DNA of 64,000 nucleotides from Thermoanaerobaculia bacterium. Its GTDB lineage: Bacteria; Acidobacteriota; Thermoanaerobaculia; UBA5066. The translations under genes were made by a program, and so were the position numbers. Position 1 is the stretch's first letter. Every line of letters begins with the position of its first letter. Where the stretch lies: the NCBI GenBank assembly GCA_963719225.1, contig CAVRAY010000001.1, forward strand, positions 1,248,001-1,312,000, read 5' to 3'. Positions 11,286-20,506 of the stretch are shown in pieces. A model generated the notes under the pieces. The model was given only the letters and a program-made list of their open reading frames with translations, was not told the origin of the DNA and ran no database searches.

Positions 11286-12064
11286 ACGATCCCGGAGGCG
11301 GCCGCGTCGCCGTCGTGACGGGCGGCGCGGCCGGCATCGGCCGCGCCACCGCCCTCCGTTTCGCGCGGGGCGGCGCGATCGTGTCGGCGTGGGACGTGGA
11401 CGAGAAGGGCCTCGCGGCGCTCGCCGACGAGCTCAAGGCCGCGGGCGCGCCCGACGCCGAGGGCCGGCAGGTGGACGTCACGGACGCTGCGGCCGTGGAG
11501 AGCGCCGTAGCAGGCGTCGTCGCGCGCTTCACGCGGCTCGACGTCCTCGTGAACAACGCCGGAATCGTCCGCGACGCCCAGCTCGTCAAGTGGAAGGACG
11601 GGGCGCCGGTCTCGACGATGTCAGAAGCCGACTTCGACAAGGTCGTTTCCGTGAACCTCAAGGGTGTCTTCCTCTGCGCGCGCGCCGCGGCCCCGCACAT
11701 GATCCGGCAGGGTGCGGGTGTCATCCTGAACGCCTCGTCCGTCGTCGGCCTCTACGGCAACTTCGGCCAGACGAACTACGCCGCGACGAAGGCGGGCGTG
11801 ATCGCGATGACGCAGACCTGGGCGCGCGAGCTCGGGAAGTTCGGCGTGCGCGTGAACGCGATCGCCCCGGGCTTCATCGCGACGGAGATCCTGAAAGCCA
11901 TGCCCGAGAAGGTCATCGCGGGAATGGTCGCGAGGACCCCGCTGGGCCGGATGGGCAGGCCGGAGGACATCGCCGAGGCCTATTTCTGGCTCGCGTCCGA
12001 CGCCGCCGCGTTCGTGCACGGCGCGACCCTCTCGGTGGACGGCGGGCTCGTGGTGGGGACGTGA
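11282..12064 (+). CDS. fabG: 3-oxoacyl-ACP/acetoacetyl-CoA reductase (SDR); probable CTG start at 11282, first canonical start 11315
   Basis: GRVAVVTGGAAGIG, NNAGIVRD, YAATK and NAIAPGFI motifs. Confidence 0.88.
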   Translation: MNDPGGGRVAVVTGGAAGIGRATALRFARGGAIVSAWDVDEKGLAALADELKAAGAPDAEGRQVDVTDAAAVESAVAGVVARFTRLDVLVNNAGIVRDAQLVKWKDGAPVSTMSEADFDKVVSVNLKGVFLCARAAAPHMIRQGAGVILNASSVVGLYGNFGQTNYAATKAGVIAMTQTWARELGKFGVRVNAIAPGFIATEILKAMPEKVIAGMVARTPLGRMGRPEDIAEAYFWLASDAAAFVHGATLSVDGGLVVGT

Positions 12065-13065
12065 CCGCGAACGGCCGCTACGCACGCATCGTGTCGACCG
12101 GAAGCTACGTGCCCGAGATCGAGACCTCGAACGACGCGCTTCGCGCGCGCTTCGACGCGACCGCTCCGGATTTCGTGGACAAGATGGAGGCGGGCAGCGG
12201 CATCCTCACCCGGTGGCAGGCGCCTGAGGACTGGGCGACCTCGGATCTCGCCGTGCGCGCGGCGCGGAAGGCTCTCGAGAACGCCGGGCGTTCGCCCGAG
12301 GACGTGGACCTCATCCTTCTCGGCACGGACTCGCCGGACTTCATCACGCCCGCTACCTCGGTCGTCGTCCAGCACAAGCTCGGCGCCAAGAACGCCGGCA
12401 CGTTCGACGTGGGATGCGCCTGCGCCTCGTTTCCAACCGGCCTCTCGACCGCGGCGGGACTCATCGCGACGAACCCGGCGCTCAAGACGGTTCTCGTGAT
12501 CGGCGCCTACATGATGCGCAAGCTCACGGACCCGAAGGACCCGATGATCTTCTTCTTCGGGGACGGAGCGGGCGCCGCCGTCCTCGAGGGCGGCGACGCG
12601 CCGGGGTTCGTGACGTCGGCATTCCGCGCCGACGGCGCCTTCCACCGCAACTGGGCCATCTTCTCCGGCGGCACCGCGGAGCCCGCCAGCGCGGAAGCCT
12701 TGCGCGCGGGCCGCACAACCGTGAAACTCGTCGAGCGCTACCCGCCGGAGCTCAATCACGAAGGCTGGCCGCGGCTCGTGCGCCAGATGGCGACGCAGGG
12801 GGAGTTCTCGGTGTCCGACATCGACCTCGTCCTTTTCACGCAGGTTCGAAAGCCTTCGATCGATCTCGTCATGAAGGACCTCGGCCTCCCCATGGAGAAG
12901 ACGCACACCGTGATGGAGAAGTGGGGCTACACGGGTTCGGCCAGCGTCGCGATGGCTCTCGACGACGCGCGCGCCCAAGGCAAGGCCCGCCACGGAGACC
13001 TCGTCGTGCTCGTCGCGTCGGGCGTGGGCTACAACATGGCCGGCACGGTCTTCCGCATGACCTGA
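12061..13065 (+). CDS. KAS III/FabH-like protein with non-canonical catalytic residues
   Basis: STGSYVP, DVGCACASF (Cys), FGDGAGA. The usual PHQAN and GNTS motifs read FTQVR and GYTGSAS here. Confidence 0.88.
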   Translation: MTANGRYARIVSTGSYVPEIETSNDALRARFDATAPDFVDKMEAGSGILTRWQAPEDWATSDLAVRAARKALENAGRSPEDVDLILLGTDSPDFITPATSVVVQHKLGAKNAGTFDVGCACASFPTGLSTAAGLIATNPALKTVLVIGAYMMRKLTDPKDPMIFFFGDGAGAAVLEGGDAPGFVTSAFRADGAFHRNWAIFSGGTAEPASAEALRAGRTTVKLVERYPPELNHEGWPRLVRQMATQGEFSVSDIDLVLFTQVRKPSIDLVMKDLGLPMEKTHTVMEKWGYTGSASVAMALDDARAQGKARHGDLVVLVASGVGYNMAGTVFRMT

Positions 13066-13076
13066 GGCTTCGCCCC

Positions 13077-14045
13077 ATGTCGCGTTTTCGCAAGGTCCTC
13101 CTCGCGCTCGTCCTGCTCCTCGCCGCGGTCGGCGCGGCGGCGGGACTCCTGTTCTGGAAGAGGCCCATCGCGACGCTCGCATGGCTGGGCAGGTGCCGCC
13201 TCGAGGCCACCGGCTTCACGAAGCTGAAGGTGGCGTCCGCGGCGGGGGTCCAGACCGTCTTCCGCGGCGGCTCCGGGCCGGTCGTCGTCCTTCTCCACGG
13301 CGCCGGCGACCAGGCCGGCGCCTGGTCACGGGTGGCACCTTCACTCTCGAAGAGCTTCACGCTGATCCTCCCGGATCTCGCGGGCCACGGCGAGAGTGCA
13401 CCGGCGCGCGGCCCGCTGCCGCTCGGAGTGCTCCTCCAGGGCCTCGACGGGATCCTCGAGCGCCAGGTTCCGGCCGGCAAGGTCACGCTCGTCGGGAACT
13501 CTCTCGGCGCCTGGATGGCGGCGCTGTGGGCGAAGGAGCATCCCACGCGCGTGGAGCACCTCGTCTTCGTGAACGGAGGGCCGATCCGCGGGGAGCGCAC
13601 GGATCTGACGCTCATGCCGCGCAACCGGACCCAGGCCGACGCGCTTCTCTACGCGCTTCGGGACCCGACGAGCCCGGTCGTTCCGACCTTCGTCGTGGAC
13701 GACATCATCCGCGTTTCGAACGAGGGGCCGATCGCCCGCCTCGCGGCGGACGCGAAAGGGATGGAGACCTACCTGCTCGACGGGAAGCTCGATACGTTCA
13801 CGATTCCCGTCGACCTTCTCTGGGGGGCTTCCGACAAGCTGCTCCCGGTCGCGTGGGCCGAGCGCCTCCAGGCGCAGCTGCCCACGGCGCGCCTGACGAA
13901 GATCGACCGGTGCGGCCACGTGCCTCAGCAGGAATGCCCCGAGGCGTTCTCGTCGGCTCTCTCGAAGATCCTGAAGGACCCGCTTCCGGCTCCTACGGTC
14001 TCCTCTCCGCCCGCCAAGCCCGTCAGAAGGCCGGCAGCTCCGTGA
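13077..14045 (+). CDS. Alpha/beta hydrolase with N-terminal membrane anchor or signal
   Basis: LLHGAG, DLAGHG, nucleophile elbow GNSLG, C-terminal CGHVPQ. Confidence 0.88.
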   Translation: MSRFRKVLLALVLLLAAVGAAAGLLFWKRPIATLAWLGRCRLEATGFTKLKVASAAGVQTVFRGGSGPVVVLLHGAGDQAGAWSRVAPSLSKSFTLILPDLAGHGESAPARGPLPLGVLLQGLDGILERQVPAGKVTLVGNSLGAWMAALWAKEHPTRVEHLVFVNGGPIRGERTDLTLMPRNRTQADALLYALRDPTSPVVPTFVVDDIIRVSNEGPIARLAADAKGMETYLLDGKLDTFTIPVDLLWGASDKLLPVAWAERLQAQLPTARLTKIDRCGHVPQQECPEAFSSALSKILKDPLPAPTVSSPPAKPVRRPAAP

Positions 14046-16534
14046 TCCATGGCGACGTCCTCGGCGAGCGTGCGCGCCTGACGCCTTCCAAGACGGTGCT
14101 CGTCGAGGTCGCGACCGGGCGACGGTTTTCGTACGCCCAGATGGATGCCCGCGCGGCGGCGGCGGCTCGCGCGCTGACCGAAGGTTTCGGCGTAAAGAAA
14201 GGCGACCGCGTCGCGCTGCTCGCGCACAACCGCGTCGAATTTCTCGACGTGTTCTTCGCGGCGGCGAAAGCAGGATTCGTGCTCGTACCACTCAGCACGC
14301 GCCTCACCACGAACGAGCTCGCGGGAATCCTGGAAGACGCGCAACCGAAAGCGCTCATCTATGGGGCAGAGTTCGAAGAGACCGTTGAAGATTTGCTTAG
14401 AAGGGTAAAGGGATGCGAGGGCGTCGCCCTCGACGCTCCGGCGGAGCCCACGCACGGACGCCTCTCCACCTTCGAAGAAATCTCCTCTTCTCTTCCAGCG
14501 GCGCCTCCTGGCGCCGCTGCAGAATCTTCATCCTCTTCTCGTCCCGCGCCCGAAGATCTCCTCGCGCTCCTCTACACCTCGGGCACGACCGGCAAGCCGA
14601 AGGGCGTGATGGTGCCGCACCGGATGGTGGGGTGGAACGCGGTGAACACCGCCGTCTCCTGGCAGCTCCGCGAGGACGACGTCTCGCCGGTCTTCACGCC
14701 GCTCTACCACGCGGGCGGGCTGGGCGCGTTCCTGACTCCGATCTTCGCGATCGGCGGAACGATCGTGCTGCACGCCGGTTTCGACGTGGAGGAAGTCCTC
14801 GCGACGATCGGGCGGGAGCGCTGCACCGTCGTGCTGGGCGTTCCGACGATCTTCCGGATGCTCCGCGAGGCGAAAGGGTTCGCGGGAGCGGATTTTTCGA
14901 GCGTCCGCTGGTTCGCCAGCGGGGGAGCCCCCCTGCCCCTCGACCTGATCGAGGCGTGGCAGGCGCGGGGCGTCGTCCTGAAGCAGGGCTACGGCCTGAC
15001 CGAGGTGGGCGTGAACTGTTTCGCGATGACGGCCGAAGAATCCGTGAGAAAAGCCGGCTCGATCGGCAAGCCCCTGATGTTCACCGAGGCGCGGCTCCGA
15101 CTCGAGGACGGCCGCGAGGCGGGCACGGACGAGGTCGGGGAGCTCCTTCTCCGCGGGCCGCACGTCTGCCAGGGCTACTTTCGGAACCCCGAGGCCACGG
15201 CCGCCGCTCTCGACGCGGGCGGCTGGTTTCACACGGGCGATCTCGCCAAGCGCGACGCGGACGGCTTCTACACGATCGCAGGCCGCAGGAAGGACATGTT
15301 CATCTCGGGCGGCGTCAACGTCTATCCGGCCGAGGTGGAAGCAGTGCTCTTCCAGCACGCGGCAGTGAAGGACGTCGCGGTCGTCGGCGTGCCGGACGAC
15401 AAGTGGGGAGAGGTCGGCGTCGCATTCGTCGTGAGAAGAGAAGACGAAAAGAAAGACGAAGAGAAGATTTCCATGAAAGGGGAAGAGGGGACGGAGAAAA
15501 GTGAAGAGAAGATTTCTTTGAAGGGTGAAGAGGGGCATGGCGCCGCGGTGGCGGCGGAGCTCGCCGGGTTCGTCGCGTCCCGCCTCGCGAAATACAAGGT
15601 ACCGCGGGAATTCGTCTTCGTCGACGCCCTCCCACGCACGCCCTACGGGAAAGTCGTGAAGGGAGAGCTCCTCTCTTCTTACCTTTCTAAGAAATCTTCC
15701 TTTTCCTCTTCCTCTTCTCCTTCTCCCGTGCTGGCCCACCGCGTCGACGGAGAAGGCCCTCCGCTCCTGCTCCTGAACGGCGGCATGATGTCGATGTCCG
15801 CCTGGGAGCCCGTCGCCAGGCGGCTCGCTGAGCGCCATCGCGTCATTCGATGCGACTTCCGGGGACAGCTCCTCTCGCCCGGCATTCCACCCGCGCGCAT
15901 GGAAGGTCACGCGGATGATCTCGTGCGACTCCTCGATGCACTTTCGATTCCCCGCGTGGACGTCGTCGCCGCCTCGTTCGGCGCTTACGTCGGACTCCTC
16001 CTCGCAGCGCTCCATCCCGGACGCGTCGCCTCCGTCCTGGCCGCCACGGTCACGGATGCGGTCGACGGGAGCCTGGGCGAGGGGAGCGAGTCTTTGGCGG
16101 CCGCCGTGCGGGAGGCCGTCTCGGGCGGCGACCGGACGAAGGTCTACGACCACATCGTGTCGATCGCGTACTCGCCCGCGTGGCAGGAATCCCATCGGGA
16201 CGAGCTCTCGGCGCGCCGGGGGCAGGTGGGGCTTCTGCCGCAGGAGTGGTTCGCCGGCCTGGACGGCCTGCTCCGGGCGCTCGTCACCGTGGACCTCAAG
16301 CCGTACCTTTCGAAGATCACCTGCCCGGTTCTCGTCATCGCTGCGGAGCACGATTCAGCCATGCCGCTCGAGCGCACCGAGGCGGTTGCCGGGGCGATTC
16401 GGGGCGCGGACTTCGTGGTCGTGCCCGGCTCCGGGCACGCCGTGAGCGTGGAAAGGGAGGACGAGTTTCTCCTCATCGCGGAAAGGTTCCTCGAGAGGGT
16501 CGCGCGGCCGACCCACGCGACGGACGCGCGGTGA
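14042..16534 (+). CDS. Long-chain acyl-CoA ligase (AMP-binding) fused to a C-terminal alpha/beta-hydrolase domain
   Basis: YTSGTTGKPKG, GYGLTE, FHTGD, GRRKDMFISGG, PRTPYGKV, then a Ser-rich linker and LLLLNGG / AASFG / GSGH hydrolase motifs. Confidence 0.9.
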   Translation: MIHGDVLGERARLTPSKTVLVEVATGRRFSYAQMDARAAAAARALTEGFGVKKGDRVALLAHNRVEFLDVFFAAAKAGFVLVPLSTRLTTNELAGILEDAQPKALIYGAEFEETVEDLLRRVKGCEGVALDAPAEPTHGRLSTFEEISSSLPAAPPGAAAESSSSSRPAPEDLLALLYTSGTTGKPKGVMVPHRMVGWNAVNTAVSWQLREDDVSPVFTPLYHAGGLGAFLTPIFAIGGTIVLHAGFDVEEVLATIGRERCTVVLGVPTIFRMLREAKGFAGADFSSVRWFASGGAPLPLDLIEAWQARGVVLKQGYGLTEVGVNCFAMTAEESVRKAGSIGKPLMFTEARLRLEDGREAGTDEVGELLLRGPHVCQGYFRNPEATAAALDAGGWFHTGDLAKRDADGFYTIAGRRKDMFISGGVNVYPAEVEAVLFQHAAVKDVAVVGVPDDKWGEVGVAFVVRREDEKKDEEKISMKGEEGTEKSEEKISLKGEEGHGAAVAAELAGFVASRLAKYKVPREFVFVDALPRTPYGKVVKGELLSSYLSKKSSFSSSSSPSPVLAHRVDGEGPPLLLLNGGMMSMSAWEPVARRLAERHRVIRCDFRGQLLSPGIPPARMEGHADDLVRLLDALSIPRVDVVAASFGAYVGLLLAALHPGRVASVLAATVTDAVDGSLGEGSESLAAAVREAVSGGDRTKVYDHIVSIAYSPAWQESHRDELSARRGQVGLLPQEWFAGLDGLLRALVTVDLKPYLSKITCPVLVIAAEHDSAMPLERTEAVAGAIRGADFVVVPGSGHAVSVEREDEFLLIAERFLERVARPTHATDAR
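14387..14496. repeat. Intragenic convergent motif pair
   Basis: Forward GAAGATTTGCTTAGAAGGGTAA (14387-14408); reverse TCCACCTTCGAAGAAATCTCCTCTTCTCTTCC (14465-14496). Confidence 0.75.
15458..15700. repeat. Two tandem forward motif copies (45 bp period) plus one reverse copy
   Basis: GAAGAGAAGATTTCCATGAAAGGGGAAGAGGGG (15458), GAAGAGAAGATTTCTTTGAAGGGTGAAGAGGGG (15503), reverse CTCTCTTCTTACCTTTCTAAGAAATCTTCC (15671-15700). Confidence 0.85.
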
Positions 16535-17394
16535 GCCCCGCGCCTACTCCGGTCCGCGAGGGCCGCCAGGCCTCCGGCGGATACGGGTACCACTGGGAGC
16601 TGCACGGCACGGGCTCTCGCGAGACCGTGTGCCTCCTGAACGGACTCGCGATGTCGACGAAGAGCTGGCTCTCCTTCCTCCCGGAGCTGACGCCGGCGTA
16701 CGACGTCCTTCTCTTCGATTACCTCGGGCAGGGCGCCTCCGACGACGCCGAGGTGAAAGGCGGAGCGATTCCCGCCTTCGGGGACGCCCTCGCGGGGATC
16801 CTCGATGCCGCGGGCCTCGGCCGAGTCCACGCGGTCGGGGTCTCCTACGGAGGATTCGTCGCCGCAGACTTCGCGCGACTTCACGGCCACCGCCTGCACA
16901 CGCTCACCCTTTCCGGAATCCTGCTGACCCGGGAGACGCTCTTCTCGATGTACCAGGACGTGTCGTTGCGGTTCTATCGGGGCGGGCCGGAGCTCTTCGA
17001 TCTGTACACGCGGTATCTCTACGAAAAGATCTTCGGCGAGGCGTTCGTGACCCGCGTCGGAGAGAAGCTCGAGTCGATGCGGGGCAATTTCCACGACCGT
17101 TATCGGGACCGGATCGAGGCGTTGGTCCGCCTCACCGAGGCGCAGGATCCGTTCTTCGCCGCTCTCGAGGCGAATGCTCCCGGGTACGCGGCGATCCCGT
17201 GCCCGGTGCTGGTCCTCGCGGGCGCCGAGGACCGCGCGATCCCGCCGTCTCAGCAGCGAAAGATCGCCGCCGTGATTCCGCACGCGCGTTACGAGGAGAT
17301 CGAGGGCTCGGGCCACGTCGTCTACCTCGAGCGGCCCGACCTCTTCTGGCCGCGCGTCAGGCGGTTCTTCGGGTCGAGGGATCCGGCTGCCTGA
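16531..17394 (+). CDS. Alpha/beta hydrolase
   Basis: GTGA-coupled; LLNGLAM, DYLGQG, GVSYGG and GSGHVV motifs. Confidence 0.88.
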   Translation: MSPAPTPVREGRQASGGYGYHWELHGTGSRETVCLLNGLAMSTKSWLSFLPELTPAYDVLLFDYLGQGASDDAEVKGGAIPAFGDALAGILDAAGLGRVHAVGVSYGGFVAADFARLHGHRLHTLTLSGILLTRETLFSMYQDVSLRFYRGGPELFDLYTRYLYEKIFGEAFVTRVGEKLESMRGNFHDRYRDRIEALVRLTEAQDPFFAALEANAPGYAAIPCPVLVLAGAEDRAIPPSQQRKIAAVIPHARYEEIEGSGHVVYLERPDLFWPRVRRFFGSRDPAA

Positions 17395-17397
17395 CGC

Positions 17398-18063
17398 TCA
17401 GCGCCGGGCGCGCGCCAGGGGCGCGGGCGCGGGCGCGTCCGACGCGAGCATGGCCTCCCTCAGCACCCCGTGGCGGAGGATGTCCGCGATCTCCCTCACG
17501 ACGATGTCCGTGTCCTTTCCGAACTGGTCGGGGACGCCGAAGAGAATCTCGACGGCGTAGTACTGCAGGAAAACGCGGCTCGCGAGGATCACGGCGGTCG
17601 TCGCCGGAATGCCCGGGCGGATTTCCCTCGACAGCGCGCCTTCGCCGTGTGCCTTGAGGAAGCGCTCGAAGCGCGTGCCCATTTCCGCGTAGAACTTGCG
17701 GATGTGGTTGCCGGAGAGCTCGACGACGTCCACGTAGATGAGCGCGATGTACTTGCGGTACTGGCGCACGCTCTCGCGCGCTCCGGCCGCGATCTCCTCG
17801 AGGTTGTCGGGAAAATGGCCCGAGGCGAGGGCGCGGTTGAAGGGCAGGTCCGGGCTCTCGATCGCCTTCCAGTACTGGCCGAGAACCGTCTGGAAGATCG
17901 TCTCCTTGTCGGGAAAGTGGTGATAGACGTTTCCCGTGGAGACGCCGGCCGACTGCGCGATCTCGCGGATACTCGTGCCCCGGTAACCCTGGCTCGAGAA
18001 GAGATTCAGCGCGGCTTCGAGGATGGCCGCGCGGCTTTTCTCGGACCTCTTGTCCTGCTCCAC
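17398..18063 (-). CDS. TetR/AcrR family transcriptional regulator
   Basis: AILEAALNLFSSQGYRGTSIREIAQSAGVSTGNVYHHFPDKE. Confidence 0.93.
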   Translation of the reverse strand: MEQDKRSEKSRAAILEAALNLFSSQGYRGTSIREIAQSAGVSTGNVYHHFPDKETIFQTVLGQYWKAIESPDLPFNRALASGHFPDNLEEIAAGARESVRQYRKYIALIYVDVVELSGNHIRKFYAEMGTRFERFLKAHGEGALSREIRPGIPATTAVILASRVFLQYYAVEILFGVPDQFGKDTDIVVREIADILRHGVLREAMLASDAPAPAPLARARR

Positions 18064-18086
18064 TCCCCGAGTGTAGTCCCCGGCGC

Positions 18087-19403
18087 TCAGCGCGGAGCCG
18101 AGGCCGGCGTCGAGGCGCCTGCGAGGAGAGCTCTCAGGCGCGGAAACGCGGCGGCGATGTCGTCCATCGAGACCGCTCCCGCCGAAAGCCGGAACCAGCC
18201 CGTGTCGCCGGCGAGGCCGAACGCCTGGAACGGCACGACCCCGATGCCCGCGCCGAGAAGGAGCCGCCGCACGTCGTCGTTCGTTTTCACGAGGGTTCCG
18301 TTCACGCTGCTTCCGAAGAGGTCGAAGCGCGCCGAAAGGTAGATCGCGCCCTGCGGCTCGATCGCGTCCACCGGAAAGCCCTCGTTTTTCATGTCCATGA
18401 CGCCGCGGTACAGGGCTTCGAGACGCTGGACGAGCCTGGCGCGAACGGAGTCGCCATAGGCGGAGATGACCTCGGGCGCGTTCAGGAGCGCGGCGACGCC
18501 GACCTGCTCGGCTTTGGGCGCCCAGGCGCCGACGTGGCCGAGGATGTCGGACATGCGCCGCCGCACCGCGGGCGGCATGACGCCCCAGCCTACGCGCATT
18601 CCCGTCGCGCAGAAGGCCTTCGAGATCGCGTCGAGGAAGATCACGTACGGCGCGCTCTCGGGCACGAGCGCCACGGGGGTGTGGTGCACGGCCTTGCCGA
18701 ACGTGAGCGTCCAGTACACCTGGTCGTAGATGAAGTAGAGGGGCTTCTTTCCCGTAGCCTCGCGCCGCCGATTCTCGTCGACGACCATCGCCGCGATGGC
18801 CGTGAGGGCCTCCTTCGAGATGACGGTGCCCGTGGGGTTCAGCGGCGAGTTGAGGATGAGGAGCCGCGCCTCCGGCAGGTGCGGGCGGAGCTGGTCGGGC
18901 GTCGGGAAGAAGTTGGACGCGGCCGAGACGATCACCGGGACGCCGCGAGCGCCCGACAGGTAGGCGTAATGGTTGTTGTTCCAGGTGGGAACGGGGTAGA
19001 TCGCGGTCTCGCCGGGATCGACGAGCGTCCGATACGCGCCGTAGAGGAGGGGCCTCGCGCCCGAGGCGATGACGACCGAGTCGACGGGATACGAGAGCCC
19101 GAGGTCCCTCTCGTAGAGGCGCACGACGGCCTCGCGCAGCGGCAGGATGCCTTCGGCGGGCGGGTAGTTCGTCTGTCCTGCTTCGAGAGCCTTGCACGTG
19201 CCCTCGAGCAGCTCCTTCGGGATCGGGAAGTACTTCGGGTCGAAGTCGCCGACCGTGAGGTTGCAGACGGGAAGGCCCTTCGCCTGCATTGCGCGGATCT
19301 CCCCGGAGATGCGCAGGATCTCGGAGCCGACGACGCCGCGGGCGAGCGCGGAAAGGCCGGCGTCGCCCTTTTCGGGCGATTGAAAGTAGGGAGTGACGTC
19401 CAT
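18087..19403 (-). CDS. PLP-dependent aminotransferase class I/II (aspartate aminotransferase-like)
   Basis: NLTVGD, YPPAEG, NSPLNPTG, YDQVY, DAISKAFCATGMRVGW (PLP lysine). Confidence 0.9.
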   Translation of the reverse strand: MDVTPYFQSPEKGDAGLSALARGVVGSEILRISGEIRAMQAKGLPVCNLTVGDFDPKYFPIPKELLEGTCKALEAGQTNYPPAEGILPLREAVVRLYERDLGLSYPVDSVVIASGARPLLYGAYRTLVDPGETAIYPVPTWNNNHYAYLSGARGVPVIVSAASNFFPTPDQLRPHLPEARLLILNSPLNPTGTVISKEALTAIAAMVVDENRRREATGKKPLYFIYDQVYWTLTFGKAVHHTPVALVPESAPYVIFLDAISKAFCATGMRVGWGVMPPAVRRRMSDILGHVGAWAPKAEQVGVAALLNAPEVISAYGDSVRARLVQRLEALYRGVMDMKNEGFPVDAIEPQGAIYLSARFDLFGSSVNGTLVKTNDDVRRLLLGAGIGVVPFQAFGLAGDTGWFRLSAGAVSMDDIAAAFPRLRALLAGASTPASAPR

Positions 19404-19487
19404 CGTTCGAAGTCTATTACGCCGCATCACCTTCATAGTGCAAAGTACTTGACAGAGGCAACCCGGTGGCGTCACGCTCTTCGGGCG

Positions 19488-20075
19488 ATGGCGGCGGAGC
19501 CGACGGCGAACCTGAAAGACCGGGCCGAAGAGGACCTGAGGTTCATCCGCGCGGCGATGGGCCGCGGGGCGGCCTTCACGTGCGTGCCCGGTCGGGGAGG
19601 CGTCGTGATGGGTGCGGTCGGTGCGGTCGCCGCCGTGCTCGCCTCGAGGACTCTCTCGCCGCGCGACTGGCTCGCCGTCTGGGCAGGGGCCGGGGTTCTC
19701 TCCTTCGCGGTCGGCGTCGCCACACTTCTCCGGAAGGCGCGGCACGCGGATCACCGGCCCGCCAGCTCGGCGGCCCGCAGGTTCGCGCTGGCGCTCCTTC
19801 CGCCTCTCGTCGCCGGCGCGGCCCTCACCGCCGCGCTCGCCCGCGCCGGCTCCTACGCGCTCCTGCCGGCCGTCTGGCTCCTTTTCTACGGCTGCGCGGT
19901 GGTCGGAGCGGGCGTTTCGTCCGTGCCCGTGGTCCCGGCATTCGGCGGAGCCCTCGTCGTGCTTGGACTCGCCGCTCTCCTTCTGCCCGGCTCGGGGAAC
20001 CTCCTTCTCGGCCTCGGGTTCGGTGCCGGCCACGTCGTTTCGGGGCTCGTCGTCGCCCGGAGATACGGTGGCTGA
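19488..20075 (+). CDS. Multi-pass membrane protein, partner of the adjacent winged-helix regulator
   Basis: AEEDLRFIRAAM N-terminus, about 6 TM helices, GFGAGHVVSG near the C-terminus. Confidence 0.75.
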   Translation: MAAEPTANLKDRAEEDLRFIRAAMGRGAAFTCVPGRGGVVMGAVGAVAAVLASRTLSPRDWLAVWAGAGVLSFAVGVATLLRKARHADHRPASSAARRFALALLPPLVAGAALTAALARAGSYALLPAVWLLFYGCAVVGAGVSSVPVVPAFGGALVVLGLAALLLPGSGNLLLGLGFGAGHVVSGLVVARRYGG

Positions 20076-20433
20076 GGCCGCGCGTTCCCGCACGGCCGGG
20101 AAGGAACGGCAGAAGAAGGCGGCACCCGCGCCATCCGAAGCCATGCGGCTCGAGGGGCTCATCCACGAGCGCCTCCGCCTCGGGATCGTGAGCGCGCTCG
20201 CAGGAGCGCCTTCCCTCACCTTCGTGGAGCTCAAGGAGATCCTCGGAGCGACGGACGGGAACCTCTCCGTCCATGCCCGCAGGCTCGAGGAGGCCGGCTA
20301 CGTCTCGTGCGTGAAAGGCTTCGACGGACGCGTGCCCCGGACGGAGTTCCGCCTCACCGAGGACGGCCGCCGGGCGCTGCGCCGCTACCTCGACCACCTC
20401 GAAGCGCTCATCGAGGCCACCCGGAGGCGCTGA
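20068..20433 (+). CDS. Winged-helix transcriptional regulator (ArsR/MarR-like, HTH_34 type)
   Basis: LIHERLRLGIVSAL...FVELKEILGATDGNLSVHARRLEEAGYV...PRTEFRLTEDGR. Confidence 0.88.
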   Translation: MAEAARSRTAGKERQKKAAPAPSEAMRLEGLIHERLRLGIVSALAGAPSLTFVELKEILGATDGNLSVHARRLEEAGYVSCVKGFDGRVPRTEFRLTEDGRRALRRYLDHLEALIEATRRR

Positions 20434-20473
20434 AACACCATGAGTGTGAACCCGGACGAAAGCATCGCCACCA

Positions 20474-20490
20474 ACTTTGTGTCATAAAGT
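20474..20490. promoter_or_regulatory. Palindromic operator-like site ACTTT-N7-AAAGT
   Basis: AT-rich inverted repeat between the regulator and the next gene; a related site lies at 19430-19446. Confidence 0.5.
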
Positions 20491-20506
20491 AGAATGAGGA
20501 TTCCCG

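Noticed and set aside
15458-15535. Tandem 33-bp repeats as a mini CRISPR array
   Set aside because: Only two copies with a 12-bp spacer, in frame within a CDS, and no cas genes; treated as copies of the dispersed motif.
11282-17394. Assignment as oleABCD olefin biosynthesis
   Set aside because: The reductase is FabG-like rather than OleD-like, the condensing enzyme lacks the His/Asn pair, and the fusion order differs; kept only as an analogy.
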